In this document: positions 1 through 8,967 of the stretch, piece after piece
How positions within the stretch are numbered: position 1 is the first letter of the stretch
How the letters are laid out: each line of letters opens with the position of its first letter
Origin: a virus
Taxonomy: Duplodnaviria > Caudoviricetes
DNA length: 51,355 nucleotides
Strand: one strand, 5' to 3'
Virus record (IMG/VR): IMGVR_UViG_3300033145_002956
Coordinates: 1 to 51,355 of that record
Position numbers and translations under genes: made by a program
Notes under the pieces: model-generated
What the model saw: the letters and a program-made list of their open reading frames with translations, nothing else
The model's database searches: none
What the model was told of the DNA's origin: nothing

Positions 1-130
1 TGAGTTATACACATTAAACAATAGCATACTTTATTATAGACATTGTAATAAACAAATATAGAACATTATAGACATTGTAATAAAATATATAGAACTCAAC
101 CTCTCCATAAAAAAACATCTATCCTATCAT
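1..130. repeat. Left inverted terminal repeat (130 bp) containing a ~32-bp tandem repeat
   Basis: Reverse complement of 50982..51111 with one mismatch; internal tandem units ATTATAGACATTGTAATAAA...TATAGAAC at 33-64 and 65-95. Confidence 0.95.
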
Positions 131-392
131 TATCTCAATAGCAGAAGAGATCGGAGAAGGCAGGAGATAGGTTCGTATATATAGTCTGTCTTGTAGTTTT
201 TTTCTTGTAGTTTTCTTGTATAGTTATTCTATTGAAACTATTAGAATGTACAGGGATTTCTGCGTTGAAGTGCATAGCTAAAAAATCGTTTTTTGTTAAT
301 GTAGTTTTCGTTAAATGTTTGAAATTGTTGTGTGTGTGATCTCGTGAGGGTTCTAATTTGTCTCTACTATATATATAGTAGGAGTATATAAT

Positions 393-409
393 CGAAAGCT
401 TTATAAAGG
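393..409 (+). promoter_or_regulatory. Archaeal BRE/TATA promoter of left-arm operon
   Basis: CGAAAGCTTTATAAAGG; similar motifs precede genes near 5903, 12335, 16701 and 40040. Confidence 0.6.
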
Positions 410-441
410 CTGTATGTGAGGGGGGAGTGAAAGGTGAGAGT

Positions 442-627
442 ATGAAAAATAAAGAAAGCGAGAAGATCGAGCTTCTGATGGAGCTTGAAAAGGAAACCAA
501 GAATACCTATCGGTATGCTGTGGTGCAGGAGGGGGGCAGACCTCCTGCTGTGAGAACTGTATATATCGAGAAGTGGGCTGTCCCTTCTCACCCAGATAAA
601 ATAAAATTGACGGTAGAGGCGGTCTAA
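442..627 (+). CDS. Small hypothetical protein
   Basis: GGTGA SD before ATG at 442; first gene of an operon. Confidence 0.7.
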   Translation: MKNKESEKIELLMELEKETKNTYRYAVVQEGGRPPAVRTVYIEKWAVPSHPDKIKLTVEAV

Positions 628-1011
628 GTGTCTGTGGGTATGAGTGTGCATCATGTAACGAAGATCGAGGCTATGGCGAATGAGTCTTTGGGTTCAAAGG
701 TCTATAGTAGGCATTTAAAGGTCTATGCTAAGCAATGGTATGGAGAAGAACCAAGGGAAGTGTTGGACATTGTTCTCTTTTCAGATGATCTGGATAGACA
801 ACAGCTTGAGATTGAGGATACTAAGAAGCTTGCAGATCTTGTGTCCGATCTGCAAAATGCAAAGGTGGATGTTGAATATCCAGATGAACCAGAGCTGACG
901 CAGGGCTTTCAGAAGGTAACGATTACTTTTGCAGGAAAAGAATATACAGATGTAACTAATTTTATAGATGCAATACAAAAGAGGTTGTCGGGTGGTGATG
1001 GAGATGAATGA
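628..1011 (+). CDS. Hypothetical protein
   Basis: ORF abuts the previous stop codon; typical coding composition. Confidence 0.7.
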   Translation: MSVGMSVHHVTKIEAMANESLGSKVYSRHLKVYAKQWYGEEPREVLDIVLFSDDLDRQQLEIEDTKKLADLVSDLQNAKVDVEYPDEPELTQGFQKVTITFAGKEYTDVTNFIDAIQKRLSGGDGDE

Positions 1012-1186
1012 AGAAGAATTGAAGAAAACGCTACAGCGGTGTATGGCTTTGCTCGATGATGGAAGTATTATATCGGCTTCTGAGGAGATCAAAAAAGTAG
1101 CAATAAAGTTAGATGAAGAAGGGCTTGGAAGGACAATCAGAAGGATAAGGGAGGAAGTGTATGAAATGACTTGGAAGGACGAATAA
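998..1186 (+). CDS. Small helical hypothetical protein
   Basis: GGTGGTG SD; overlaps the upstream stop region. Confidence 0.6.
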   Translation: MEMNEEELKKTLQRCMALLDDGSIISASEEIKKVAIKLDEEGLGRTIRRIREEVYEMTWKDE

Positions 1187-1284
1187 GTGATGGGAATGAA
1201 GAACCGAAAAAGGAGATTTTTTATTGAGGAGTTTGGTATAACTCCTAAATTTTTGAAGAAAATAAAAAATGGAAAGGTGAGAGT

Positions 1285-2085
1285 ATGAAAAAAATAAAAG
1301 TGCCTCTTCCGAGAGGTAATAAAATGACCCTTATTTTAGGGGTTGGAGATAAAAAACAGCGTTTTTCCTGTAAAATAAGGAAAAGCGTTGCGAGTAGCTA
1401 TGGCATGTCTGGAAATATGATATGTCCTAAGTGTTTTGTTACTGCTGAGGGAGGGCATGAAATCCATAAAGTGGAGCAATACTACATTTGTCCTTCTTGT
1501 CAGAATATATACAAAAAGGGAGAATTAAAGTATAGGGTAACCGATGGCGTGGTCTATTCTGAAGAGGAGAGAAAAAAGTATTTAGGGTGGATCACGAGGC
1601 AGGAGATTGAGATGGTGGGTGTGGTTTCTCTTGATGAGATCCTACCAGCTATTGAGCTTGTGAGTACTACTTATGAGCTGTTTGGCGAACCAAAGGCTAT
1701 GCAGGGTATCTATACTTATCTGGATACTGAAAGGTTAGGTATTCTTGTAGAATTTGGTTACTATGGTGAGATAAGAAAGGGGATCATCATACCTTCTGCA
1801 AAGAAGTTGTTGATCCTCATGCTTAGGGATTCTGTGCTTGTTAAAGAGCCTGCTATTGAGATCGGTAATGGTGGTAGTGAGAGTTATAATACTCTGTTTA
1901 AGTTTGCTGAAAGTGAGAAAGGAACGAAACTCGTTGAGTTTCTTGAAGCTGTGCGTAATGGTACTTTAGATGAAATAAAGCCTGTTGAAGAACCCGAAAC
2001 TGTGAGTGAGGATGAGTTGGATACTTCTATTTTTGGGGAGATAGGTAAAGAGAAAAAGAAGATAGTTTTAACGGTGGAAAAATGA
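1285..2085 (+). CDS. ku: Ku-like DNA end-binding protein with zinc ribbon
   Basis: Collinear with prokaryotic Ku core by eye: CxxC...QYYICPSC bridge, VVYSEEE..., EIEMVGVVSLDEI.P...TYEL, GILVEFGYYGEIRKGII...LLILML; acidic tail; lies next to a ligase gene. Confidence 0.7.
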   Translation: MKKIKVPLPRGNKMTLILGVGDKKQRFSCKIRKSVASSYGMSGNMICPKCFVTAEGGHEIHKVEQYYICPSCQNIYKKGELKYRVTDGVVYSEEERKKYLGWITRQEIEMVGVVSLDEILPAIELVSTTYELFGEPKAMQGIYTYLDTERLGILVEFGYYGEIRKGIIIPSAKKLLILMLRDSVLVKEPAIEIGNGGSESYNTLFKFAESEKGTKLVEFLEAVRNGTLDEIKPVEEPETVSEDELDTSIFGEIGKEKKKIVLTVEK

Positions 2086-2216
2086 AATACTTTGAGATAT
2101 TTATTGATGATTTGAAAGAGGGTGTACGAAAGAAGGTATTGAGTTTTCTTGGGCTTAAAGATGCGAAAGAAGGTAATTACGATGTTTTTCCTCTTTTTAT
2201 TTTGGAGGAGGATTAA

Positions 2217-3017
2217 ATGTCTTCTCTTTCTTTTTTTGAACCTATGTTAGCTGAGTCTGTTGCTCAGATACCTAAGAATGATGATTGTCGTTATATCTTC
2301 GAGGAAAAATATGATGGCATGAGAGTTTTGCTTGTAAACAATAAGCTTGTGTCAAGGCATGGAACGAGGGTCGATCATGCTTTTCCAGAGTTACAGAAGG
2401 AGTTAAAGAAATTGTCGAAACATTCTGTTTTTGATGGTGAGCTTGTAATTTTCAGAGAGGGTTTGTGTGACTTCGATCTTGTTCAGGAAAGGAGAAGTAT
2501 GGATAATCCTTTTACTATTAAATATTATAGTAATCGGTATCCTGCTCGGCTTATGCTGTTTGATTGTCTTGTCTGGGAGGGAGAACCTGTAATGAACTAT
2601 TGTCTATGGGAGAGAAAAAAGCTTCTTAACGATGTTTCCTTTTTGAACGGTGGCTTTGTTCAAACTGTTCCTTTCTCGTCAGTGGTGAATGAGATTGTGA
2701 GAGATGGTATCGAAGGAGTTATCGCAAAAGATGTAAAGCAGGGGTATTACTGTGGCAAAAGACTCTGGAAAAAATATAGATTTATGTCGGAAACAGTGGT
2801 TAAGATCGTTGAGGTCGAGGATCATCCAGCGGGTTGTCTGTTGCATACTGAAGAAGGATGGAGGATTAATTTGGCAGGTAAGAAACGAACAGAGAAAGCA
2901 AAAAGGCTATTTAGAGAGGGAGAGTTTAAAGTCGAAATTTCCTACTTTGAGAAAACAAAAAAAGGAGAGCTTCGATTTGCTAAGTTTAAAAGATTTTTGG
3001 AACGAGAGAGGTTTTGA
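2217..3017 (+). CDS. lig: Minimal ATP-dependent DNA ligase
   Basis: Motif I EEKYDGMR, III FDGELV, IIIa LFDCL, IV EGVIAKD, V WKKYR, VI LRFAKFKRF. Confidence 0.93.
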   Translation: MSSLSFFEPMLAESVAQIPKNDDCRYIFEEKYDGMRVLLVNNKLVSRHGTRVDHAFPELQKELKKLSKHSVFDGELVIFREGLCDFDLVQERRSMDNPFTIKYYSNRYPARLMLFDCLVWEGEPVMNYCLWERKKLLNDVSFLNGGFVQTVPFSSVVNEIVRDGIEGVIAKDVKQGYYCGKRLWKKYRFMSETVVKIVEVEDHPAGCLLHTEEGWRINLAGKKRTEKAKRLFREGEFKVEISYFEKTKKGELRFAKFKRFLERERF

Positions 3018-3028
3018 AAGTGATCGTT

Positions 3029-3172
3029 ATGGAAAAAAAATATGAAAGAAAAAAGTGTTATCTGTGCGGATGGGAAATACCAGAAGGAGAAGAATACTAT
3101 TTAAATGGAAAAACATTATGCTGGCAATGCTGGAAGGGAGAAGTGGAAAATCCAGAGCATAGGGTGATCTAA
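3029..3172 (+). CDS. Small zinc-finger protein (47 aa, not in ORF track)
   Basis: MEKKYERKKCYLCG...LCWQCW; two CxxC pairs. Confidence 0.65.
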   Translation: MEKKYERKKCYLCGWEIPEGEEYYLNGKTLCWQCWKGEVENPEHRVI

Positions 3173-3221
3173 TGAGAAAACAGATCGTTGAATTTACAAA
3201 CAGATTTTTGGAGGGGTAAAA

Positions 3222-3410
3222 ATGACAGAAAAGAGAGTGATACAAAAACGAAAGGGAGAGTATCCTGTGTTATTTTGTGTGATTCCAGCTTTTTTTAGGC
3301 ATGTCTTTGGTTTTGATAAAGGTGATGTTCTCGATTGGAGTCTTGAAAATGTGGAAGGTGAGTGGTGCATAGTTATACGGTCTGAGAAAATAAGGTTTGA
3401 GGGGATTTAA
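3222..3410 (+). CDS. AbrB/MazE-like swapped-hairpin DNA-binding protein
   Basis: CVIPAFFRHVFGFDKGDVLDW resembles the AbrB pattern. Confidence 0.6.
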   Translation: MTEKRVIQKRKGEYPVLFCVIPAFFRHVFGFDKGDVLDWSLENVEGEWCIVIRSEKIRFEGI

Positions 3411-3592
3411 TGAAAGGGGCTAAGTGTGATCGATGTGGAAAGTTTAGAAAAGTTTGTTGTGAGTTAACTGCTTTCGATCCTGTTGAGGAAGAGCAGATAG
3501 CGTTCTTAGGGGATATTTGCTTGGATTGTATAGAAGATTTAAAAGAGTGGATGAAGATTCCTCCTTCACTAAAAAAGGTACGGGGTGAATAA
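3410..3592 (+). CDS. Small zinc-finger protein
   Basis: CDRCG...DICLDC. Confidence 0.7.
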   Translation: MKGAKCDRCGKFRKVCCELTAFDPVEEEQIAFLGDICLDCIEDLKEWMKIPPSLKKVRGE

Positions 3593-4028
3593 AGTGAAAA
3601 AGAAAATATTTGTATCGCTGGCAGTGTCTTTGATGATGTTGTCAGTGGTGCTGGCTCAGGAGGATGGAGCAGAAAAGATCGATACTCTTGTCATAAGGAC
3701 AAGGGTGGGTACTGACTACTACTGTGGTAGGTTGATCTACACAGGTATTAGTAGTGTGGAAGTTGTAAAAAATGGTAGAGCTGTTCATGATGTAGGGCTT
3801 CCTGCAGGGTTTGAGGTTGAAGTGCGAGTGCATAAATGGAATAACATAGACTTCGCTACTTGGGATCGAGACTTTGGTTGGTGTGGTGGCTCTCTTGTGG
3901 TTTTCCAGGGCGACTACGATGGGATCTATGTCATTGATGTCTTGCTCTACAAATATGGGACTCTAATAGATACGAAGCACATAGTTTACAACTTCCAAGA
4001 AGAGTCGTATAAACTGAGGTTCATCTGA
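3585..4028 (+). CDS. Secreted or exported beta-rich protein
   Basis: N-terminal signal peptide KKKIFVSLAVSLMMLSVVLA-Q; followed by a T-rich terminator. Confidence 0.7.
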   Translation: MNKVKKKIFVSLAVSLMMLSVVLAQEDGAEKIDTLVIRTRVGTDYYCGRLIYTGISSVEVVKNGRAVHDVGLPAGFEVEVRVHKWNNIDFATWDRDFGWCGGSLVVFQGDYDGIYVIDVLLYKYGTLIDTKHIVYNFQEESYKLRFI

Positions 4029-4057
4029 ACCTCTTTTTATTTTTTGAAGGTGATAAC

Positions 4058-4378
4058 ATGTTGAAAATAGAGAATTGTAAAATAAGAAAAGAAGATGATG
4101 AGATGTTTGTGGAGTATTGGGATCAAGGTAGGATGATGGGGTATGTTGCTTGGTTACACCGTTGGCATGGCGGTCCAAATCTTTTTGGTTGGCTTGGTAC
4201 TGTCTCTGATGGCTGGATAGTCGTTTTGAATAATGGCAGGGGCTACTTGTTTCCTCTTCATGGCAGGACAGGTGTTGTTGCCACGAGATATGTTGCTGAG
4301 AAGTTTGGTCTCGGACTTGATGATGCTAAATTCTACGCAGAGGTTTTGGCAAAGTGCTGGGAGTGTCAGGTGGTATAG
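4058..4378 (+). CDS. Hypothetical protein
   Basis: GGTGA SD, operon context. Confidence 0.7.
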   Translation: MLKIENCKIRKEDDEMFVEYWDQGRMMGYVAWLHRWHGGPNLFGWLGTVSDGWIVVLNNGRGYLFPLHGRTGVVATRYVAEKFGLGLDDAKFYAEVLAKCWECQVV

Positions 4379-4624
4379 ATGGGAATTAAACAGGAAGGGA
4401 AGATAATAGACATTCAGATAAATGGTGGTGGCGAAGAGATAATGACTATTCTTGATGAGTATTGTGAGGAGATTGCAGTTATACCTACAGAGGAAGGTAA
4501 AAACTATTTTCGGAGTTTTGAGGGGAAAGTACCTCCAAAGTTTGTGAGGCAGTGTATTTTTGCAGGGATATTCTTTGCTTTGAAGCATCCTGAGAGAATT
4601 GAGGTAATTAGGGAGGCGATATGA
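4379..4624 (+). CDS. Hypothetical protein
   Basis: Abutting ORF in operon. Confidence 0.7.
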   Translation: MGIKQEGKIIDIQINGGGEEIMTILDEYCEEIAVIPTEEGKNYFRSFEGKVPPKFVRQCIFAGIFFALKHPERIEVIREAI

Positions 4625-4863
4625 TGAGTGCTGAGGATGTGAAAAAGGAGAAGGAGAAGGAGAAAGAGGAAAAAAAGAGATTGGTTGGTGTGGACTGGTT
4701 TATGGAGAATTACTGTAAATGTTGCTCTAAGAAGAGTGGGGAGAAATCCTTTTGCGGTGATTTAGAGCAGTTGGGAAATTGTATTGAAGTCGAAAAGCTT
4801 AGGGTCTTAGGGAGGATTTTTGTGAGTGTAAATAGGGATGTTAGGGTGATCCTTGATGAATGA
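4621..4863 (+). CDS. Cys-containing hypothetical protein
   Basis: Overlapping start/stop (ATGA); YCKCC...C...C. Confidence 0.65.
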   Translation: MMSAEDVKKEKEKEKEEKKRLVGVDWFMENYCKCCSKKSGEKSFCGDLEQLGNCIEVEKLRVLGRIFVSVNRDVRVILDE

Positions 4864-5116
4864 GGTGCGAAAAGGTGTCGGTGCTGTATTTGTAGTGCAG
4901 GAAGGTATTGCTATCGTAGGACACATGGAAGTATTCGAAGCGTATGTTAGAGTTGAGGGCGTTCCTATCGAGGCGACTATAAGAGATTTGACAGTGAAAA
5001 AGATAGATGATACTTTAAAAAAGTTTCCGAAGCGATTTCTCTATCACATGCCTCTCTCTTATCCTCGTCTTTGGGCTAAAGCGAAAATGTATTTTGGGGG
5101 GATTCACAATGTCTGA
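4853..5116 (+). CDS. Hypothetical protein
   Basis: Coupled ORF. Confidence 0.65.
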   Translation: MMNEVRKGVGAVFVVQEGIAIVGHMEVFEAYVRVEGVPIEATIRDLTVKKIDDTLKKFPKRFLYHMPLSYPRLWAKAKMYFGGIHNV

Positions 5117-5474
5117 TCCTTCAAAGATGTTAAAAAAGTTGCATATTTTTATGGTGCTGTGGTTCTTTGGTTGTATGTGCTTCTCGGTGTATATAGAGAA
5201 CTGGATAGTTCTTCTGTGGCAGTTACTTTGCTTGGCTTTTTTTGGATTGTACTTTTATGAGTATCGTTATGCTGAGAAGATGTTTGCAGATTTTGATGGG
5301 ATGATAAAGGAGGGTATTGAGATTATGAGTAGGAGTGCAGAGGTAAGAAGAGCTATTGTTATCGAGCATTTAAAGTTGCTTAGAAAATACCAGGTGCAAG
5401 AGGAATTACTGCAATCCTTACAGAAGGATAATTGGGTTCTCCGGATGGGAGTCCTTGATTATGGAGGGAGATAA
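5109..5474 (+). CDS. Membrane protein with two TM segments and a coiled coil
   Basis: Two hydrophobic stretches at the N-terminus. Confidence 0.65.
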   Translation: MSDPSKMLKKLHIFMVLWFFGCMCFSVYIENWIVLLWQLLCLAFFGLYFYEYRYAEKMFADFDGMIKEGIEIMSRSAEVRRAIVIEHLKLLRKYQVQEELLQSLQKDNWVLRMGVLDYGGR

Positions 5475-5853
5475 TATTAAGATTTTGTACTTTGGTGACT
5501 TTGATCCTTCTGGAATGGACATTCAAAGGTATCTGAGAGAACGTTTGAGAGATGAGTTTGGTGTGGATGCAGATGTTAGGAGAATTGCTATAACCGATGA
5601 ACAAATCCAGAAGTATAACATACCTCCTGCTCCTGCAAAGAGGTCAGATACGAGGTTTAATGGCTTCGTAGATGAACATGGAGATCGTGCTGTGGAGTTG
5701 GATGCTATCGAGCCTAATGTACTGCAGGAAATAATTAGGAGTTCTATTAGGGCTTTGTTTGATGAGAAGATTTACCAAGAACAAAAACTGGAGGAGAAAG
5801 AGAAGCAGCAGGAGATTAAGAGAATGATTGAAGAATATTTTGGAGGTGCTTAA
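5455..5853 (+). CDS. Topoisomerase VI-A/JetD-like TOPRIM C-terminal fragment
   Basis: ILYFGDFDPSG DxD motif, RIAIT..QI..Y..P, VELDAIEP; the N-terminal half of the domain is missing. Confidence 0.75.
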   Translation: MIMEGDNIKILYFGDFDPSGMDIQRYLRERLRDEFGVDADVRRIAITDEQIQKYNIPPAPAKRSDTRFNGFVDEHGDRAVELDAIEPNVLQEIIRSSIRALFDEKIYQEQKLEEKEKQQEIKRMIEEYFGGA

Positions 5854-5966
5854 GAGATATACATTGACCGAGATACATTTTTTTATATATATCTTTTTCT
5901 ATACGAAAGCTTTTTATATATCTCTTGCGGATATATCTTTGTAAAAAATATATGAGGTGAAAAAAT

Positions 5967-6383
5967 ATGGCTGGTATACCGGATATTCCTCTAAAAAAAG
6001 ATGAGGAATTTGGAACGGAAATAACAAAGGGCGAGTTCAGAGGCGTTGTTATCGGCGTCAAGATGGTAGATAAGCATCCTGTGTCAGGTGTGGCCTTTCC
6101 ATTTGGAGAGTTGCTGTATATAGAAATAGAGCCTGACCCAGAAAAAGGATGGGAACACCAGGGGATTCTTTGTAATCCCAACACGAAAACAAAGCTCTCG
6201 AAGTGGTATCATGTCCAGAGTGCCTTTAGGAGATTAGGGTACACAAATATAAAAGACATTCTCGGAAAGGCATTTCTGTTTGAAGAGAAAATGGTTGAAG
6301 TTGGTGCGAAAGGTGGTGCTCAGGCTGTTATATTGCCTATAAAAGATATTACACCACCAAAAAAGGAGGCAAAGACTATTTAG
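5967..6383 (+). CDS. Hypothetical protein, possible OB-fold ssDNA-binding protein
   Basis: Own promoter and SD; beta-rich; lies upstream of a Sak4-like ATPase. SSB function is inferred only. Confidence 0.55.
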   Translation: MAGIPDIPLKKDEEFGTEITKGEFRGVVIGVKMVDKHPVSGVAFPFGELLYIEIEPDPEKGWEHQGILCNPNTKTKLSKWYHVQSAFRRLGYTNIKDILGKAFLFEEKMVEVGAKGGAQAVILPIKDITPPKKEAKTI

Positions 6384-6505
6384 GATGGATATTTGATTTG
6401 GGGAAGGAGTCTCTTCTCTTCATTCCTATGACCGCTCCTTCCCCACACCGCAACCTAAGGGAAAGGAGGTTGGGACTCCTCCTTTCCTATTTTTTTGGTG
6501 GTTAT

Positions 6506-7210
6506 ATGGTAAAACGTGAAGAACTTCGTAAGTTAATAAAGGAAAAAATTCTGTTGTATGGGGATACTGATACTGGAAAAACTTTTGCTTCTGTAAAGCT
6601 TGCTGCATATCTTGTGGAGAGTGGAAAGAAAGTTGTTTTTATCGATCCTGAGTTTGGATCTCAGCGTGAGCTTGATCTTCTGTCTGATGATATTCTTGAG
6701 GGTATTGATCTTCGTGTTGTTAGGACATATCCTGAGTTTCGAGAAGCGTGTATGGAAGATTCTGATTGCTTCTTGAAGATTATAGATGGTCTCTCTGAGG
6801 GTATGGAGTTGCATAGAAGGTTCTTGGAGGATAGGTTCATTGCTCAGGGAGAGTATATTGTTAAAGATAAAAAGTTTAAAATTGAGGACATAGAAACTTT
6901 TTCATTGCCCTGGCAGACATACGCAAAGCTATATAGTGATTTAGAGGGCGTTGTTTATAGGGCTATCCAGCATCGCTATCACTTTTTAATGACTATGCAT
7001 CCTTTGAAAGCTACAGAGAGCAGAATAGAGCTTACGCAGTCTATATTTCGAAAGATGGATACTGTTTTGGAACTCCGCCGAGATGAAACTTCTGAAGGTG
7101 GTGTCAATCGTTATGGTGTGATTAAGAAGAATAGGGGTGTTGATGTTTCTAACTGTGTGGTTTCTGATGTATTTGAGATCTTAAAAAAGAAGTTTGAGGG
7201 GATGATATGA
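6506..7210 (+). CDS. RecA-fold/AAA_24 (Sak4-like) P-loop ATPase
   Basis: Walker A ILLYGDTDTGKT, VVFIDPEFG, Walker B KIIDGLS, LMTMH. Confidence 0.75.
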   Translation: MVKREELRKLIKEKILLYGDTDTGKTFASVKLAAYLVESGKKVVFIDPEFGSQRELDLLSDDILEGIDLRVVRTYPEFREACMEDSDCFLKIIDGLSEGMELHRRFLEDRFIAQGEYIVKDKKFKIEDIETFSLPWQTYAKLYSDLEGVVYRAIQHRYHFLMTMHPLKATESRIELTQSIFRKMDTVLELRRDETSEGGVNRYGVIKKNRGVDVSNCVVSDVFEILKKKFEGMI

Positions 7211-7464
7211 AAGTGGAGAAAATAGAGTTAGTTTTGTCTAAATCAGTGGGGTCTTTACTTGTGACTATGGAGGGAAATTTTGAGTATCACAAAGAGAAGG
7301 GAGTTCTGAAGATTTCGACAGAGGGAATAGTTAAGTATGTGGTAGAGATGGTGGTAGGTGATTTTAGGATGAAGTTTCCTGTGTCTACTGCTACCCCGAA
7401 GGATTTTGGGGGTCTTATGGAGAGGATGAAGAAGCAAGAGCAAGATAGCAGTAAAGGGGATTAA
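7207..7464 (+). CDS. Hypothetical protein
   Basis: Coupled ORF. Confidence 0.65.
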   Translation: MKVEKIELVLSKSVGSLLVTMEGNFEYHKEKGVLKISTEGIVKYVVEMVVGDFRMKFPVSTATPKDFGGLMERMKKQEQDSSKGD

Positions 7465-8055
7465 ATGTCCTTTGAAGAGTTATTTTCTGAGCGTACTCTC
7501 CTCTTTTGGGATATAGAAACTTCGGGTCTGGATAGTGATTCACAGTTATATACAATAGGGTATAGTATTAATTTTCAAAGTACCTGTGTTGATCAGTTCT
7601 TTGAGTATGATGATCCTGTTGCGATGGAGAGGGGGGTTTTGGAGAAGTTTTTGGATGTCTTGGAGAAGGATAAAAAGTGGCTTTTTGTGACTTTTGCTGG
7701 GTCAAAGTATGATGTCCCTTTTTTGACTACCAAATGCTTGAAATATGGATACGATGCGTTGTCTCTCTGGAATGCTTGGCATCTTGATCTTATGTTTCTT
7801 TGGATGAAAATGATGCGTACTGGAAGATCTCCTATGACTTTCAAGGCAATGAGCAAAGCGTTGGGTATAGATCATGAGGATAAGTATGGTGGTTCTCTAA
7901 TGAGTTACTTCTATCGCAAGGGGGAGTATAATAAAATTGTTTCTCACAATCGTGCGGATGTGGATCTTCTCAAAAAGGTCTACATAAAAACAGAGCCTAT
8001 CTGTAAATGGAACTTGAAAAGGAGATATTATCAGTCGAAGGTGATCAGATGGTGA
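7465..8055 (+). CDS. DEDD 3'-5' exonuclease (YprB/RNase_H_2-like)
   Basis: ExoI FWDIETSGL, ExoII TFAGSKYDVPFL, HLDL, ExoIII HNRADV. Confidence 0.88.
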   Translation: MSFEELFSERTLLFWDIETSGLDSDSQLYTIGYSINFQSTCVDQFFEYDDPVAMERGVLEKFLDVLEKDKKWLFVTFAGSKYDVPFLTTKCLKYGYDALSLWNAWHLDLMFLWMKMMRTGRSPMTFKAMSKALGIDHEDKYGGSLMSYFYRKGEYNKIVSHNRADVDLLKKVYIKTEPICKWNLKRRYYQSKVIRW

Positions 8056-8213
8056 AAAAAGTTGGTATAGGTCTTAATCCTGTTGTACGGTGTCCTCGTG
8101 GGGATTTAATGCCTCTTAGATATTGTAGAGTTGTATGTCCTTTCTTTAAAGGTGTTGATGAGCAGGAGTTGGGAGTCAGATGTGCTTGGAGGGAGAGGCA
8201 TGGCGGAGTATAA
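8049..8213 (+). CDS. Small Cys-rich protein
   Basis: VRCPRG...YCRVVCPFFKG...VRCAW; GGTGA SD. Confidence 0.6.
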   Translation: MVKKVGIGLNPVVRCPRGDLMPLRYCRVVCPFFKGVDEQELGVRCAWRERHGGV

Positions 8214-8619
8214 TGAGAGGGAGGAGAGAAGAAAGTTTCGTGTCGCTGCGGAAAAGCTACATAAGCTTGTTCCTGCTTACAAGGTCTGGGTTGAGGACAT
8301 AGATGATGAAATAATTTCTAAGCTTAATGAGACTACAAAGGGAAAGATCGTTATAACTCGTCTGGGAAAGTATATTGTGCAGTGGTTTTATACGAATCCT
8401 AAGGCTATTACTCCTCAGAAGCGACAGAATACTTTTTATATCTTGCCTATTGGTATATATGAAAATCCTGAAGATAATGAGAAAATCAAAGTCGTTGATG
8501 AGGAAGGGACTGAGAAGATTATAGATGTGAGTGAGTCGAGTCGTCGTAGTAGTGCGAGAATCGTTGCCAGGATGCTTGCTTCATTGCACCTGTTAGATAA
8601 GTATCGCCGTTTTAGATAG
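8200..8619 (+). CDS. Hypothetical protein
   Basis: GGAGAGG SD before ATG at 8200. Confidence 0.65.
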   Translation: MAEYNEREERRKFRVAAEKLHKLVPAYKVWVEDIDDEIISKLNETTKGKIVITRLGKYIVQWFYTNPKAITPQKRQNTFYILPIGIYENPEDNEKIKVVDEEGTEKIIDVSESSRRSSARIVARMLASLHLLDKYRRFR

Positions 8620-8967
8620 TCTAAAAATTTCTTTTTATTATTCTTTTTTGTTTAGTCTCTTTTTGTTGATTATGATAAATAAGTTTTTGTGTGTTATATA
8701 TAGAAAAATGTATCTCTTTGTAAGGTACTATTTCTCTGTTACTTCTGTTTACTTTGAGTTTATCCTTTGGTGGTGTTCTTGTATTAAGTTTTATTAAATA
8801 CATATATAAAAAAAGTTGTAATTTAGTATCCATAAGCTTTATAAATGAAGGATACTAATTAATATCACATAAGAATTAAGTATATCCTTCTCCAAAGGAT
8901 ATATTTATAAGCATATATTAAATTGGAGATGTTACAATGGTATTATTTTGTTCGTTCTTAGGCGGCG

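Noticed and set aside
135-654. Minus-strand ORFs at the left end, and the many antisense ORFs inside long genes
   Set aside because: They are shadow frames of purine-rich coding strands, without SD sites or motifs.
6506-7210. ATPase as genome packaging motor
   Set aside because: Motifs and context fit RecA/Sak4-like proteins, and it lies far from the structural genes.
8621-8833. Minus-strand 70-aa ORF
   Set aside because: It lies in an extremely AT-rich intergenic region and has no recognisable features; unsupported, though not excluded.
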